A stretch of 24,000 nt of DNA from Aeromonas phage AP1, in sequence record MT713136.1; one strand, given 5' to 3'. The notes beneath the pieces were generated by a model. It saw only the letters and a program-made list of their open reading frames with translations. It searched no databases and was not told the DNA's origin. Positions 9,619-18,801 of the stretch are shown in pieces (position 1 is the stretch's first letter; each line of letters starts with the position of its first letter). Position numbers and translations under genes: made by a program.

Positions 9619-11453
9619 AATTTGAATTCTTTTTTGGCGTTGTAGAGGATCGTTTTGATCCTCTTAATCAAGGGAGATATAGAGTTCGTGTGATGGGATA
9701 CCACACTGATCAAAAATCAAAAGATGATTTGATTGGTATACCTACCGATGAGCTTCTTTGGATGCGTTGTGCCACGTCAACGGATTCAGCCTCTATATCT
9801 GGTGTAGGAAATAGCCCAACAAACCTAGTAGAGGGTGTGTGGGTGATGGGGGTTTTCAAGGATGAGTTTAAACAGGATGGTTTAATACTTTTTTCTATCC
9901 CCGGATCTTATGTCCAAAAACCAAATACTCTACGGGGATTCTGTGACCCAACAGGTCAATACCCTCGATATATTGGTAACGACGTTAATATATTAGCCGG
10001 TGGTGGTCAAAAAGGTAATGGGATCCATGGAACGGCACCAGTTTCTATTGATGGGAAGCCGTTATCGGTTTATACTCAGGATGAAAATACTTCTGGTGCA
10101 TTAGCCCCAGATGACAAATCATTTGACGATGCAATCGCAGATGATGATCCAGATTTCACAATTGAAAAAATGTTGAAGGGAGACGAAGGGGTTAGGAACA
10201 AATGGTATCTCGATTCTCTTGGATATCCAACCATAGGTATTGGTCATCTAATCATACATGAGAATACACGAAACGTAGCCCGTATAGATGCGATTCTAAC
10301 CCAACAGTTGGGTCATCCTGTACAAGGGGGTGTGATCTCCCCAGAAGACGTTACAAAGCTGTTTAACGAGGATATCCAAAAGACTCGTGCTGATATGATG
10401 AGATTCGAAAATATACGTCGTGTCTACGTCAAAGAAAATAGAAGTCGTCAAATGGCTTTAGAAAATATGGCGTTTCAGATGGGGGCTGGCGGATTAGCGA
10501 AATTCAAAAATACACTAAACGCTATGTATGAAGAACGTTGGCGAGATGCATATAATGGTATGCTCGACTCTCTTTGGGCTAGACAAACTCCGGGTCGAGC
10601 GAATCGGGTTGCCAAGATTATTTTAACCGGAAACCTAGAGTCTTATGGAGTAAAACCAAAACCAGAGGAACCACCTGTTATCCCAATATCTGGGAGAATG
10701 AAGCGTTCTATTATGGCATTGTCCTCTCCGGTTGTTTTTGCTGACGAAGTAGACCCAGATGATCCGTCCGTTCCACCACCACCTCGTACTGATGGTCTTC
10801 TTTTCGAAGAACCACCCAGCGCATATGCTGCTGAATACCCATATAACCATGTATATGAATCGGAGAGTGGTCATATTCAGGAATTTGATGATACTCCGGG
10901 GAAAGAACGATATAACCTGAAACATACATCGGGGACGTATATTGAGATTTCTGGTGGTGGTCGTCAAGTAAACAAAGTTATGGGTGATGACTATGTTATT
11001 GATATGGCAAACCGGATGATCAACGTAAAGGGTGATTATCAGGTAGTTGTTGAAGGTAACGCGACTGTATACGTTATGGGTAACTGTACCCAGCAAGTTG
11101 ATGGAAACTTGACTCAGGTTGTCAAAGGAAACGTATCTGAATCGGTTTATGGTAACGTTGAACAGTCGGTGAAGGGGAACGTTAAGCAAACTGTTAACGG
11201 TGGCTTAGAATCGCGTATAGACGCTGATGTGACCCTATCTGTCGGTGGTAGTGTTGTTAGTGATATAGAAGGGAATTTAACTGCAACAGTTCAAGGTAAT
11301 TGCAACGAGAACGTAGAGGGTGATATGAACCTTAATGTTTTTGGTGATTATACAGTTACTGTATCTGGTGACTATAAATCGCAAGCTGCTCAATCTCTTA
11401 TTACCTCTCAAGGTACGACCGAGATTAGTGGTTCTACTGTTAGTATTAACTAA
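9615..11453 (+). CDS. 5: Baseplate hub/tail lysozyme, T4 gp5-like
   Basis: N-terminal OB-fold-like region (FFFGVVEDRFDPLNQGRYRVRVMGYHT); lysozyme core 'MLKGDEGVRNKWYLDSLGYPTIGIGHLI' retaining the E/D/T catalytic arrangement; C-terminal VxGN-type beta-helix repeats. Confidence 0.93.
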   Translation: MKFEFFFGVVEDRFDPLNQGRYRVRVMGYHTDQKSKDDLIGIPTDELLWMRCATSTDSASISGVGNSPTNLVEGVWVMGVFKDEFKQDGLILFSIPGSYVQKPNTLRGFCDPTGQYPRYIGNDVNILAGGGQKGNGIHGTAPVSIDGKPLSVYTQDENTSGALAPDDKSFDDAIADDDPDFTIEKMLKGDEGVRNKWYLDSLGYPTIGIGHLIIHENTRNVARIDAILTQQLGHPVQGGVISPEDVTKLFNEDIQKTRADMMRFENIRRVYVKENRSRQMALENMAFQMGAGGLAKFKNTLNAMYEERWRDAYNGMLDSLWARQTPGRANRVAKIILTGNLESYGVKPKPEEPPVIPISGRMKRSIMALSSPVVFADEVDPDDPSVPPPPRTDGLLFEEPPSAYAAEYPYNHVYESESGHIQEFDDTPGKERYNLKHTSGTYIEISGGGRQVNKVMGDDYVIDMANRMINVKGDYQVVVEGNATVYVMGNCTQQVDGNLTQVVKGNVSESVYGNVEQSVKGNVKQTVNGGLESRIDADVTLSVGGSVVSDIEGNLTATVQGNCNENVEGDMNLNVFGDYTVTVSGDYKSQAAQSLITSQGTTEISGSTVSIN

Positions 11454-11455
11454 CG

Positions 11456-11484
11456 AAAAGGGATCCCAAATCTGGATCCCTTTT
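11456..11484. terminator. Bidirectional terminator between gene 5 and convergent small-gene block
   Basis: AAAAGGGATCC-caaatct-GGATCCCTTTT perfect stem. Confidence 0.9.
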
Positions 11485-11487
11485 GTT

Positions 11488-11763
11488 TTAGATGTCGTCT
11501 GCACTTCGTTTGATATATTCTTGGAGTGCTTCTTTTTCAAGTCCCCACACAAAAGATAGAGTGCCGCCACCTACATCAATTTCAAATGGACAGAAATCCC
11601 AATAAATGGTTTCTTTCATCTTTACTTCCATCAGAAGTTCTTCGTCTTCCACTTTATCAAAGTTCTTTTCGATAAAGTTTTTTAGTTCTCGACGAACTCT
11701 AAAATTATGAACCTGATTTTCTTTAAAACCAGCAAAATTAGTTCCTACATAAATTAGTTTCAT
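11488..11763 (-). CDS. Hypothetical protein
   Basis: 91 aa ORF at the 3' end of the minus-strand gene block. Confidence 0.65.
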   Translation of the reverse strand: MKLIYVGTNFAGFKENQVHNFRVRRELKNFIEKNFDKVEDEELLMEVKMKETIYWDFCPFEIDVGGGTLSFVWGLEKEALQEYIKRSADDI

Positions 11764-11774
11764 ATTTATTTTCC

Positions 11775-12038
11775 TTATAGAGATTCCAACATCTCGTCAA
11801 TTCGATGTACTTGCTTCATCAATTCTTTGCGCAAAACCAATAAATCATTTTTGGTTTTGTTTACCTTCGGGGGTTCATACGATTCATCATCTGATTCTGC
11901 TATCATAAGGCATTCTTTCATCTCTTTCGAAGTAAAGATTGGGCTGAATTCATTTAGATTTTCATATCCTTCTATTTTATAGATTCCATCTCCCTGTTTT
12001 TCATCTACAAAAAAGATTTCCATACCAAGTGTTTCCAC
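11775..12038 (-). CDS. Hypothetical protein
   Basis: 87 aa ORF in tandem with its neighbours. Confidence 0.65.
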   Translation of the reverse strand: METLGMEIFFVDEKQGDGIYKIEGYENLNEFSPIFTSKEMKECLMIAESDDESYEPPKVNKTKNDLLVLRKELMKQVHRIDEMLESL

Positions 12039-12048
12039 TATGATGCGA

Positions 12049-12216
12049 TTATTTTCCTCGTTCTGGGATTCGTCGTGAAATATAAACTCGGTCCCCTGAA
12101 ACTTTGGTTACAAGACGAGGTTTTGACGCAACAACACCACCGACATTAATGGATTCGGTTAAAACCCATTTATCAACTAGATGTGCATGTTTTTCTACTT
12201 TTTCTTTCTTACTCAT
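12049..12216 (-). CDS. Small hypothetical protein (MSKKEKVEKHAHLVDKWVLTESINVGGVVASKPRLVTKVSGDRVYISRRIPERGK), not in the supplied ORF track
   Basis: 55-codon ORF filling the gap between two minus-strand genes. Its start overlaps the end of the upstream ORF, as in translationally coupled genes. Confidence 0.65.
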   Translation of the reverse strand: MSKKEKVEKHAHLVDKWVLTESINVGGVVASKPRLVTKVSGDRVYISRRIPERGK

Positions 12217-12529
12217 TTATCACCTCAAACTTGTCTGTGTTCATCTCTTCGAGATGACCCCATTCACTAGTACCCAACGAGATGATTTTCCCTTCTTCTG
12301 TGACAATCACGTAATCACGAGCACAAATATCCAAACAATCACCATCTACTGTTGGTGGATTATAAGCCTCTTGACCATCAAACGGGATCTGTTTCAGAAC
12401 ATAAACCCACTTGATGTTAGGAAACAATCCTTTAAGGTTAGCCAATGCGTGTTCACATTTAACATACTTGTATGAATCAACATGCCAACTTTCACCGTAG
12501 AATTCACTTACATTATCAAAATCAATCAT
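12209..12529 (-). CDS. Hypothetical protein
   Basis: 106 aa ORF (MIDFDNVSEFYGESWHVDSYKYVKCEHALANLKG...). Confidence 0.7.
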   Translation of the reverse strand: MIDFDNVSEFYGESWHVDSYKYVKCEHALANLKGLFPNIKWVYVLKQIPFDGQEAYNPPTVDGDCLDICARDYVIVTEEGKIISLGTSEWGHLEEMNTDKFEVINE

Positions 12530-12537
12530 AAATCACC

Positions 12538-12825
12538 TTAAAATTGAATACTTGGGGAAACCATATAACTTTCGACATCCATATGTGGGAAGTACGTGAT
12601 TGTCAAGGTATCAACCCCTTTAACCATTCGATCCTCGACTGGAACAAGACGGTTAATCTCCTTCCGGATCTCCTTGAGATCATCTTTAACACTATGAGTT
12701 TTCCCACGAACCTTTTTCCCAGAAAGGCTGATCGTGGTTTTCCCAAGTACATTACTATAATACGAAGTGATATAAACCATACTTTCTCCTTTGTCGGTGT
12801 ATTGATATGGTCTCATCCAATACAC
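12538..12825 (-). CDS. Hypothetical protein
   Basis: 95 aa ORF, tandem block; start may be downstream of the listed one. Confidence 0.55.
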   Translation of the reverse strand: MYWMRPYQYTDKGESMVYITSYYSNVLGKTTISLSGKKVRGKTHSVKDDLKEIRKEINRLVPVEDRMVKGVDTLTITYFPHMDVESYMVSPSIQF

Positions 12826-12847
12826 CTTTTGTCAACTACTTATATAC

Positions 12848-13033
12848 CTACAGACACCAAATATCTTGTGTTTCGGTGTCGTCTCGGATGATATCCAATT
12901 CGCCCCAACAATCAGTTTTCTTCGCAATGTCGATTGCTTCCTCTTCTGAGTTTGCATATACATAAGCAGTTTTGTGTCCGCGAACGTATCCACTAATCTC
13001 TTTTCTTACCTCATATTCTTTCATCTGACTCAT
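12848..13033 (-). CDS. Hypothetical protein
   Basis: 61 aa ORF (MSQMKEYEVRKEISGYVRGHKTAYVYANSEEEAIDIAKKTDCWGELD...). Confidence 0.65.
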   Translation of the reverse strand: MSQMKEYEVRKEISGYVRGHKTAYVYANSEEEAIDIAKKTDCWGELDIIRDDTETQDIWCL

Positions 13034-13036
13034 CTT

Positions 13037-13315
13037 TTACCCCTTATAATTCTTTTCAAGAATATCAATGATATGAGAAACCATAGCTTTGTTCTTATCC
13101 TTTTCCCAACTAAAGTGTCTGATATCCATAGAGAAAAGACTTTTTGGGAGAGAGAATTTGCGTATTAAGAACCCATCACCGCGACTCGTTGGGTCATCAA
13201 CAAAGAAATCATATTCATCTTCCCACACACGAATTTCTTTAAGATATTTCTTGACAAATTGGGAAACTGTAATATCAATTGTTTTTGTTGTTACTACTTG
13301 GTATGTATGTTTCAT
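13037..13315 (-). CDS. Hypothetical protein (start reassigned to MKHTYQVV...)
   Basis: ORF track gives 13037..13366. The internal ATG at 13315 abuts the end of the methyltransferase gene and avoids the overlap. Confidence 0.6.
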   Translation of the reverse strand: MKHTYQVVTTKTIDITVSQFVKKYLKEIRVWEDEYDFFVDDPTSRGDGFLIRKFSLPKSLFSMDIRHFSWEKDKNKAMVSHIIDILEKNYKG

Positions 13316-14031
13316 CAGTAAAATTCCGCTGTTGCTATTTCGACCATGGGACTTACACCATGCCACTCAGAAAGATAAATCGAAGTATCTACACCACACC
13401 CCGGTTCAAGACGGATCCCTGTTTGCTCGGTAAACTTCAAATACTTATTCGATTGGTCTTTGTCACAAAATGAACGTACACCACTGTATTTAAATCCAGC
13501 ACTCATTTGAGGGATAATAAAGACCCCGAATTCAGATACCTTACTAGCGGCCTCTATTACCTTATATTCGAATTCTGCACCAGTATACCGACCTTTATAA
13601 CCAGATGTATTGATGTTGCCAAAAGGTGGATTGCTAATACAAAAATCAAACCGGTCATTAGTGTTATCACAGTATTCCAGTGCGTCACCACGGATCCAGT
13701 TTGCATTAGGTACGACTCGTTTACCAACCTCAAAATATTCGTGGTTCAATTCAACGCAAGTAATGTCGTTGTCATACAACCAGAAAGACAGGCCACCAAT
13801 ACCAGCACACAAATCCAACACAGAACGGTCTGGGTTAACTTCGATCATTGCATCACGAGCTAACATAGCTGGGGTGAAGAATGCACCCGCAAGACCATTC
13901 ATCTGGGTTGCTCCCTCTTGGTAATTCTCAAGGATAAAACGACGCTCATCCCATGAAAGGACTTTATCAGAGTGAACAAGATCCATTGCCTTATTATGGA
14001 GTTTCAACGCCTGTTTGCTGATCTTAGCCAT
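13315..14031 (-). CDS. N6-adenine DNA methyltransferase-like protein
   Basis: SAM motif VLDLCAGIGGLSFWLY, catalytic FCISNPPF, N-terminal GAFFTPAMLARDAM segment typical of N-6 MTases. Confidence 0.85.
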   Translation of the reverse strand: MAKISKQALKLHNKAMDLVHSDKVLSWDERRFILENYQEGATQMNGLAGAFFTPAMLARDAMIEVNPDRSVLDLCAGIGGLSFWLYDNDITCVELNHEYFEVGKRVVPNANWIRGDALEYCDNTNDRFDFCISNPPFGNINTSGYKGRYTGAEFEYKVIEAASKVSEFGVFIIPQMSAGFKYSGVRSFCDKDQSNKYLKFTEQTGIRLEPGCGVDTSIYLSEWHGVSPMVEIATAEFY

Positions 14032-14034
14032 TGA

Positions 14035-14337
14035 TCATTTACTCCATCGCTTGTATTCAGTTGGGCAAATGTCTTGAACAGGACATTCATCGCAGTAACC
14101 GGAAGTATGCATTACTTCCTTACCGGGTACGGTTACATCTTCCCATTCATCTGGGTCAATTTCTTCATTATGAATACAACCCCAAATATCAGCCTCTTCC
14201 TTTCCCCAGTAGAAGATTGGCATTGTGTTAGCAATCTTGGTGCAAAGTTGTTGAAGCTTTTTCTTGTTTTCCATTACATTACGTTTTTTAACGGCTTTCA
14301 GTTCTTTATACTCTTCTTCTGTCAAAATGTATTGCAT
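14035..14337 (-). CDS. Hypothetical protein with CxxCPxxxxC cysteine cluster
   Basis: 100 aa ORF; 'GYCDECPVQDICPTEYKRW'. Confidence 0.6.
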   Translation of the reverse strand: MQYILTEEEYKELKAVKKRNVMENKKKLQQLCTKIANTMPIFYWGKEEADIWGCIHNEEIDPDEWEDVTVPGKEVMHTSGYCDECPVQDICPTEYKRWSK

Positions 14338-14570
14338 TACACAAACTCCAATTTAAGGAAAGAACCTTTGAGATGACCGACGTTTCGACCACCCATAGAC
14401 GGAACACCCAGATATGCATCCCAATCAAGTCCGTACTGAGATTTCTGTGGGAAAAGAACGACAATAATAGAACGAATATCTGGTTTCTTATCGGTTCCGC
14501 TATTCCATAAGTAGGTTCCGGGGGTTTTTGGTGTATAAGGTGAAAAACTACTCAGATTAATCTCCATCAC
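14337..14570 (-). CDS. Hypothetical protein
   Basis: 77 aa ORF abutting its neighbours. Confidence 0.55.
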   Translation of the reverse strand: MMEINLSSFSPYTPKTPGTYLWNSGTDKKPDIRSIIVVLFPQKSQYGLDWDAYLGVPSMGGRNVGHLKGSFLKLEFV

Positions 14571-14818
14571 TTACCCTCTTTCAGCATATCGATAAACGCC
14601 CCACGAATCGATTCCTTGCATTCATCGGTGTTTTGGTTGCTACCACACCAGATAGACTCAGCAACGCCTTTAAGGCCCTGTTCCTGTACGTTAACGGCAG
14701 CATAACCAACAAGAGCGACTTTTGCTGCAATCATCAAGAGAACACCGATAAAGAACACGGTAAAGATCTTGTTGAAGTGGCGGAAAAACCAAGGCTGATC
14801 GCTGTTAAAATTGCGCAT
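14567..14818 (-). CDS. Small single-pass membrane protein
   Basis: 83 aa ORF with hydrophobic stretch FTVFFIGVLLMIAAKVALVGYAAV. Confidence 0.65.
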   Translation of the reverse strand: MRNFNSDQPWFFRHFNKIFTVFFIGVLLMIAAKVALVGYAAVNVQEQGLKGVAESIWCGSNQNTDECKESIRGAFIDMLKEGK

Positions 14819-14821
14819 ATT

Positions 14822-15319
14822 TTATTCCTCAATGTCAATACTAAAATTTGATGGGGTGATATTCGAGCCTACCGACTCAAGTTCTTTGTAAATATCACGT
14901 TCTCGAATCTTAAGCTGTTGTAGTTCTTTTGTCAATATACTTTCTTTACTTTTAATATGACTACGAGCGAATTTATCCTTGACATACTCAGATACTTCTG
15001 GATCATTCATAGCCCATTCCATAATCATAGTCTTTGTAAATTCCGGTTGCCCACTCAAAGTAATTTCTTCTGAATCAAGAAAACATTCCATCTCAGTTTT
15101 GGTAAATGGCATTTTGTACCCCGGATGGTAGTTGACTGTTTTTCGGTCTTCACTAATGACAACCGGTCGAAGTAATTCATCCTCTTCGATAGTAAACCAT
15201 TTGGGGTATTCACACACGGAAATGATACTATTGTACAAATCATCGTTATTGTTAATAACAAACAAATCCCAAGTGTTTTGACTTTTAAACTTATATTTCT
15301 TTTTCATCTTATTTCCCAT
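14822..15319 (-). CDS. Hypothetical protein
   Basis: 165 aa ORF. Confidence 0.7.
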   Translation of the reverse strand: MGNKMKKKYKFKSQNTWDLFVINNNDDLYNSIISVCEYPKWFTIEEDELLRPVVISEDRKTVNYHPGYKMPFTKTEMECFLDSEEITLSGQPEFTKTMIMEWAMNDPEVSEYVKDKFARSHIKSKESILTKELQQLKIRERDIYKELESVGSNITPSNFSIDIEE

Positions 15320-15527
15320 TCAAAAATTGTTTCAGTTGTTCTTTACATTGGTCGAGTTCAATACGAGCTTGTGCTTTAGCTGCCTTATTGACTTCATTCC
15401 TAATAGTATTGCTGTAGATCCAATGGTTGTCGGTGCCACCAGAAGTTGTTACAGAGATACCGTTTTTGATAATATCTTCCAAAACTTTGATCTGGTCGAT
15501 GATTTTGTGGGATTGTTCGTAAGTCAT
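15309..15527 (-). CDS. Hypothetical coiled-coil protein
   Basis: 72 aa ORF in tandem block. Confidence 0.6.
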   Translation of the reverse strand: MTYEQSHKIIDQIKVLEDIIKNGISVTTSGGTDNHWIYSNTIRNEVNKAAKAQARIELDQCKEQLKQFLNGK

Positions 15528-15541
15528 GTTATATCTCCTAA

Positions 15542-15802
15542 TTATCCGAGGTCTTGAAGGATGAGAATGGTTCGGTTTGCTGGGTCTGCGTGAACATCAT
15601 AGAACCCTTTATACTGGCCGTCTGTGATGACGAAGGAGTTACCCCAACAAATAGATACCTTTTGGTAATTGATATCGTGACGCTTAAAGAAACGTTCTGC
15701 CATTTCTTCACAGTGTCCAGACAACCAACGAAGTTCAACTGCGTAGGCACCAGTAGGAAGGAGTTCAAAATTTTTCATGATATTACCTCTTAGTTGAACC
15801 AT
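15542..15802 (-). CDS. Hypothetical protein
   Basis: 86 aa ORF; probable start at internal ATG (MKNFELLPTGAYAVELRWLSG...). Confidence 0.6.
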   Translation of the reverse strand: MVQLRGNIMKNFELLPTGAYAVELRWLSGHCEEMAERFFKRHDINYQKVSICWGNSFVITDGQYKGFYDVHADPANRTILILQDLG

Positions 15803-15990
15803 GGGTCGTTAATCATTTCTTCTAAACGAGCTTGGATTTCTTTAATCTCTTGCTCGTAATCGATGAGAAGACCAGTATATTCTTTTTTGGAGCTATCATC
15901 AAGGTCTTTTGACAACATATTTCGACAGTATGCGGCCTGTTTACCAAGTGATTCTAACTTTTTCATGTTCAGTTCAACGTAATGGTTCAT
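15790..15990 (-). CDS. Hypothetical protein, first gene of the minus block
   Basis: 66 aa ORF; divergent intergenic region begins upstream of it. Confidence 0.6.
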   Translation of the reverse strand: MNHYVELNMKKLESLGKQAAYCRNMLSKDLDDSSKKEYTGLLIDYEQEIKEIQARLEEMINDPWFN

Positions 15991-16093
15991 ATCGCTTCCT
16001 CCGAATCAACAAAGCCCATTCTACACGAACGGGCTTATAATGCAACTACTTTTAAACTTTTTCGTATGTCTTCTCGAAAATATCTGGTTTACA
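15991..16093. promoter_or_regulatory. Divergent intergenic/promoter region between minus-strand and plus-strand operons
   Basis: Head-to-head gene arrangement, AAGCCC...GGGCTT inverted repeat and TATAAT at about 16034-16040. Confidence 0.45.
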
Positions 16094-16249
16094 ATGATAA
16101 TGCTCCCCACTAACACCACGGATGATCCAATCACCTACATTTGCTGTCATGTTGATGTAGAAACAGGGAAAGCTTACCATGCAAAGGGGAAAGACGATCC
16201 AAGACTACTTTCTGGACAATGTATACTTGGTAAAAAGTTGAAGGGATAA
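16094..16249 (+). CDS. Hypothetical small protein (start trimmed to [11 protein letters not shown]...)
   Basis: ORF track 16040..16249; the N-terminal 18 residues look non-native. Confidence 0.5.
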   Translation: MIMLPTNTTDDPITYICCHVDVETGKAYHAKGKDDPRLLSGQCILGKKLKG

Positions 16250-16450
16250 ATGATGGTTTGGTTTACAAAAAAGAGAAAATCTAAAGGGGAACGCCTGAAA
16301 GCTCAGGCTACCCACACTGATGATTTTGGTGCATTATACAAGTATGTAAACGGTCGTCTATTTCATTTTAGACGACATCCCTACTGGGACGACATTTGTG
16401 TTTGGGGAATTATTAACCTCCCCAAAGACCACAAGATCTTTAAGAGGTAA
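16250..16450 (+). CDS. Hypothetical protein
   Basis: 66 aa ORF immediately following the previous stop. Confidence 0.6.
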   Translation: MMVWFTKKRKSKGERLKAQATHTDDFGALYKYVNGRLFHFRRHPYWDDICVWGIINLPKDHKIFKR

Positions 16451-16451
16451 T

Positions 16452-17003
16452 ATGGTAAAATATCTTCTTTTATGTCTTTTAATCTCTACTCCTTTACATT
16501 CCGAGGTTTTAGATACTCAGAGGGTGTGGAGAGAACATATCATAAATGATGCTGCTTCGTTGAAAGAACGTCATTTGGTTGGTTCATTCCAACACCCAGA
16601 TTATGAAGATGATATCGACCTTCCGTATATGCTTCATATAGGCTCTATACAGGCTCATAGGGCATTTTATCTTAATCTGACAACCATGAAGACAGACATA
16701 CACCCAAAAGCGCCTATAACCGTTTCTATTGGCGATAACGAAGCAACTTATAGTTCTCAGAACTCAAGTTTTAAAGGAGTTGCTTCCACAATAAGAAATT
16801 CTGATTCTTCTGTAGCATTGAAACTATTTTCTTATGATGAACTGTATGGATGTACAGGATCTTATAGAATGCTGTGGGAATCTGATTATATTTCGGTTAG
16901 GTATGTTACGCCTGCACTAGAACATAGGTCATTAACGTTAGATCTGAAAGGTCTCATTGAGACTATGGAGTATGTCTATGGGATCCCAGAAACGTGTAAA
17001 TAA
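16452..17003 (+). CDS. Predicted secreted/periplasmic protein with signal peptide
   Basis: Start at ATG 16452 gives MVKYLLLCLLISTPLHSEVLD, a typical signal sequence, and removes the overlap of the track ORF. Confidence 0.65.
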   Translation: MVKYLLLCLLISTPLHSEVLDTQRVWREHIINDAASLKERHLVGSFQHPDYEDDIDLPYMLHIGSIQAHRAFYLNLTTMKTDIHPKAPITVSIGDNEATYSSQNSSFKGVASTIRNSDSSVALKLFSYDELYGCTGSYRMLWESDYISVRYVTPALEHRSLTLDLKGLIETMEYVYGIPETCK

Positions 17004-17056
17004 TTAAATGGTGGTCAATGATGTGATATGATCACCAGTGAAATAGGAGATTAATC

Positions 17057-17338
17057 ATGTTTGCATTGACATTTTCCGACGAATCAGGAAAAACACATTT
17101 AATTTTTCAAAATGAACGGGCTCTACTCTTTAAGTCAAAAAAAGAAGCCGAAGACTATGAACGCGATATATTCGTTCCTTACTTGGAAACTTCCATAGAG
17201 AAAGGGGTATTGGTTAAGAAACGCCCAATTCTTGGTGATGTTTATAAACCATTATCTCAAGAAGAAATCCGAAAGATGTATCAGATTGGAAGTACCATTC
17301 GTGTGCTTGAAGTCAAAGATCTAAAATATAAGAAGTGA
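17057..17338 (+). CDS. Hypothetical protein
   Basis: 93 aa ORF. Confidence 0.65.
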   Translation: MFALTFSDESGKTHLIFQNERALLFKSKKEAEDYERDIFVPYLETSIEKGVLVKKRPILGDVYKPLSQEEIRKMYQIGSTIRVLEVKDLKYKK

Positions 17339-17348
17339 GAATTTTGAT

Positions 17349-17573
17349 ATGAGTTTTGAAAACGATGTTAAAGAACTAATTCGACGGTTTGATAATTCAG
17401 TTCCTCCCCCTTTTCGAGTTGGGGTTATGAAGAAATCAGACACGGTTTTTGAGATTGCGGTCGTTGATCCTTTTGGTCAACCTATCCAAATCTTTACCGT
17501 TTATGAGTATAAAGATAAGGTTTATTATTGTCATGGACAACAATATAAATCACCAGAAAAGGATATCAACTAA
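17349..17573 (+). CDS. Hypothetical protein
   Basis: 74 aa ORF; stop overlaps the start of the deaminase gene. Confidence 0.65.
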   Translation: MSFENDVKELIRRFDNSVPPPFRVGVMKKSDTVFEIAVVDPFGQPIQIFTVYEYKDKVYYCHGQQYKSPEKDIN

Positions 17574-18097
17574 TGAAGATTAAAACTCTGGTTACCATGG
17601 CATTGGCTGTGAGTAATGAAAGTAAATGCCCTAGCCATAAGGTTGGAACCGTTATCGTTAAAGATGGTCGGGTTATTTCTACAGGGTATAATGGTACTCG
17701 TGCTGGTGGTATTAATCCTGATGAACATGCTATTAATATGAAATGGGCAGGGTGTCAGCATGGTATGGTACGTCTTTACCCAGAACATGAAGAGGAATAT
17801 AGCAATTGGGCTAATATCCATGTTGTTCATAGTGAGATGAACGCCCTTCTATATGCAGCCAGAGCTGGTCAGTCGGTTGATGGTGCTACTCTGGTAACAT
17901 CCCTTAGCCCTTGTTCAAATTGTGCAAAACACATGGCGGCTGCTGGGATCAAGAAAGTAATTTATCATACCCGTTATAGTAAATCCCCTGATGGGTGGGA
18001 GAAGATACTTGAGGATCAGGGTATAGAAGTAGTCCATTGTGGGGATGTGATTGATTTTAACAATTATGCGGTTAGAGTAAACCGTATTCAAAAGTGA
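17573..18097 (+). CDS. cd: dCMP deaminase
   Basis: Zinc-binding HSEMNALLYAA and SLSPCSNCAKHM motifs; CPSHKVGTVIVKDGRVISTGYNGT. Confidence 0.9.
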   Translation: MKIKTLVTMALAVSNESKCPSHKVGTVIVKDGRVISTGYNGTRAGGINPDEHAINMKWAGCQHGMVRLYPEHEEEYSNWANIHVVHSEMNALLYAARAGQSVDGATLVTSLSPCSNCAKHMAAAGIKKVIYHTRYSKSPDGWEKILEDQGIEVVHCGDVIDFNNYAVRVNRIQK

Positions 18098-18513
18098 GAG
18101 ATAATAAAATGAGTGATTCTTTTATGCGTCAGGCCCTAGTTGAACAAGAACCCCGTAGTTATGAAAACCTAACTGATGAACAGAAAGTTTTCTTCAAATC
18201 TGTTGTTGAGGAAGTTCTTCATTCGGGGGTCGTTGATTTGGTTTTTGAGAAGGTTGATGGTACTATCCGTAGTGGTAACGCAACTTTGGATACTGAGGTA
18301 ATTGTAGAAGCTATTGGTCAACCTACCGAAGGTAGTTCCGAATCCAAACCTCGTAAAGTAAATCCAGATGTTGTTCGCTTCTTTGATGTGGACAAGGGTG
18401 CATTTCGGACATTTAAACTTAGCAATTTGATTCAAGTTGGATTTACCACTGTTGGTGATATTCATCATATGATAGAAGCTATGAGCTTGGGTGTGGTTGA
18501 TATCGATGTTTAA
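18094..18513 (+). CDS. Hypothetical protein
   Basis: 139 aa ORF, ATGA-type overlap with the deaminase gene. Confidence 0.65.
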   Translation: MRDNKMSDSFMRQALVEQEPRSYENLTDEQKVFFKSVVEEVLHSGVVDLVFEKVDGTIRSGNATLDTEVIVEAIGQPTEGSSESKPRKVNPDVVRFFDVDKGAFRTFKLSNLIQVGFTTVGDIHHMIEAMSLGVVDIDV

Positions 18514-18757
18514 AATCGAAGTTCAACCAAGTCGAGAACTGTGTTATCATGATTTCGTTGATATGTTTGAAGGTGAGGTATTGAGTGCACCAACCCTTCA
18601 TAAAATGAACTTAGTTATCAGTGAAATAGAACACAAAAATATTTGTAGAACTGGTCATTCATATACAAAAGATTATATGGTTATCGATCAAGACCTATTT
18701 TTGATGAAACGGTATTTTAATGAAATCTCATACAAATTATTAAATGGATACCAATAA
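18491..18757 (+). CDS. Hypothetical protein
   Basis: 88 aa ORF; start may be at the internal M (MFKIEVQPSRELCYHDFVDMFEG...). Confidence 0.6.
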   Translation: MWLISMFKIEVQPSRELCYHDFVDMFEGEVLSAPTLHKMNLVISEIEHKNICRTGHSYTKDYMVIDQDLFLMKRYFNEISYKLLNGYQ

Positions 18758-18801
18758 CATGCTATACTCGTTGTATATAAACCAATAAAAGAGAAAACGA
18801 A

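Noticed and set aside
10635-11189. Minus-strand ORF of 184 aa inside gene 5, and similar antisense ORFs across the window
   Set aside because: Lies wholly within a strongly supported plus-strand gene, with no ribosome-binding site or family signal.
9615-11453. Internal VxGN/VxGD repeats at the end of the gp5-like gene considered as a novel repeat array
   Set aside because: They fit the known C-terminal triple-stranded beta-helix of gp5-type spikes.
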